Origin: Vicugna vicugna
Lineage: Eukaryota
Assembly: GCA_013265495.1 (NCBI GenBank)
Contig: MU058919.1
Coordinates: 3,505,599-3,569,598 of the forward strand
Direction of reading: 5' to 3'
Length of the DNA: 64,000 nt
This document shows positions 63,901 to 64,000 of this stretch, piece after piece (positions within the stretch are counted from its first letter, which is position 1; each line of letters begins with the position of its first letter). The notes under the pieces were generated by a model that was not told where the DNA came from, did not search any database, and saw nothing but the letters and a program-made list of their open reading frames with translations. The translations under genes were made by a program, and so were the position numbers.

Positions 63901-64000
63901 CTGAGGACACTTACACGCTGGAAGTTTCTGAAATTGTTTGTGGTGAGTTTCTGTCCGTGTTCCGGGAGTAAGATAGTCTGGACACGGTTTGGGTTTTCAG

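Larger units (their letters stand above)
1..64000 (+). other. DOCK1: Probable DOCK1 host intron containing INSYN2A on the opposite strand
   Basis: Established synteny only: FAM196A/INSYN2A is nested antisense in a large DOCK1 intron in human and mouse. No DOCK1 exon was recognised in this window, so this is not shown directly by the sequence. Confidence 0.75.

Overview
Mammalian non-repetitive/intronic DNA. The tRNA-Ala-derived SINEs and L1 3' ends suggest a camelid (inference). The only clear coding sequence is the large first coding exon of INSYN2A (FAM196A, inhibitory synaptic factor 2A) on the minus strand: ATG at 35930, splice donor after 34744. A CpG-island promoter at about 54.0-56.3 kb and candidate non-coding 5' exons lie upstream of it. 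From established synteny, INSYN2A is nested antisense in a large DOCK1 intron, so the whole window is probably DOCK1 intron on the plus strand; I saw no DOCK1 exon. The short second INSYN2A coding exon is not visible and may fall in the N gap at 14870-15025; the last exon appears to lie left of the window. The rest is old repeats (L2, MIR, MER, L1M), a 5'-inverted L1 with target-site duplication, and three assembly gaps. The strongest second-look signals are a near-consensus REST/RE1 site with an inverted partial copy, a CTCF motif in a small CpG cluster, an LC8-type motif in INSYN2A, a perfect-Kozak uORF in a candidate 5' exon, a 22-bp palindrome over a candidate 3' splice site, and a 115-bp local duplication carrying a TATA motif. 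I found no convincing wholly new biological system; most ORF-track entries are non-coding noise.
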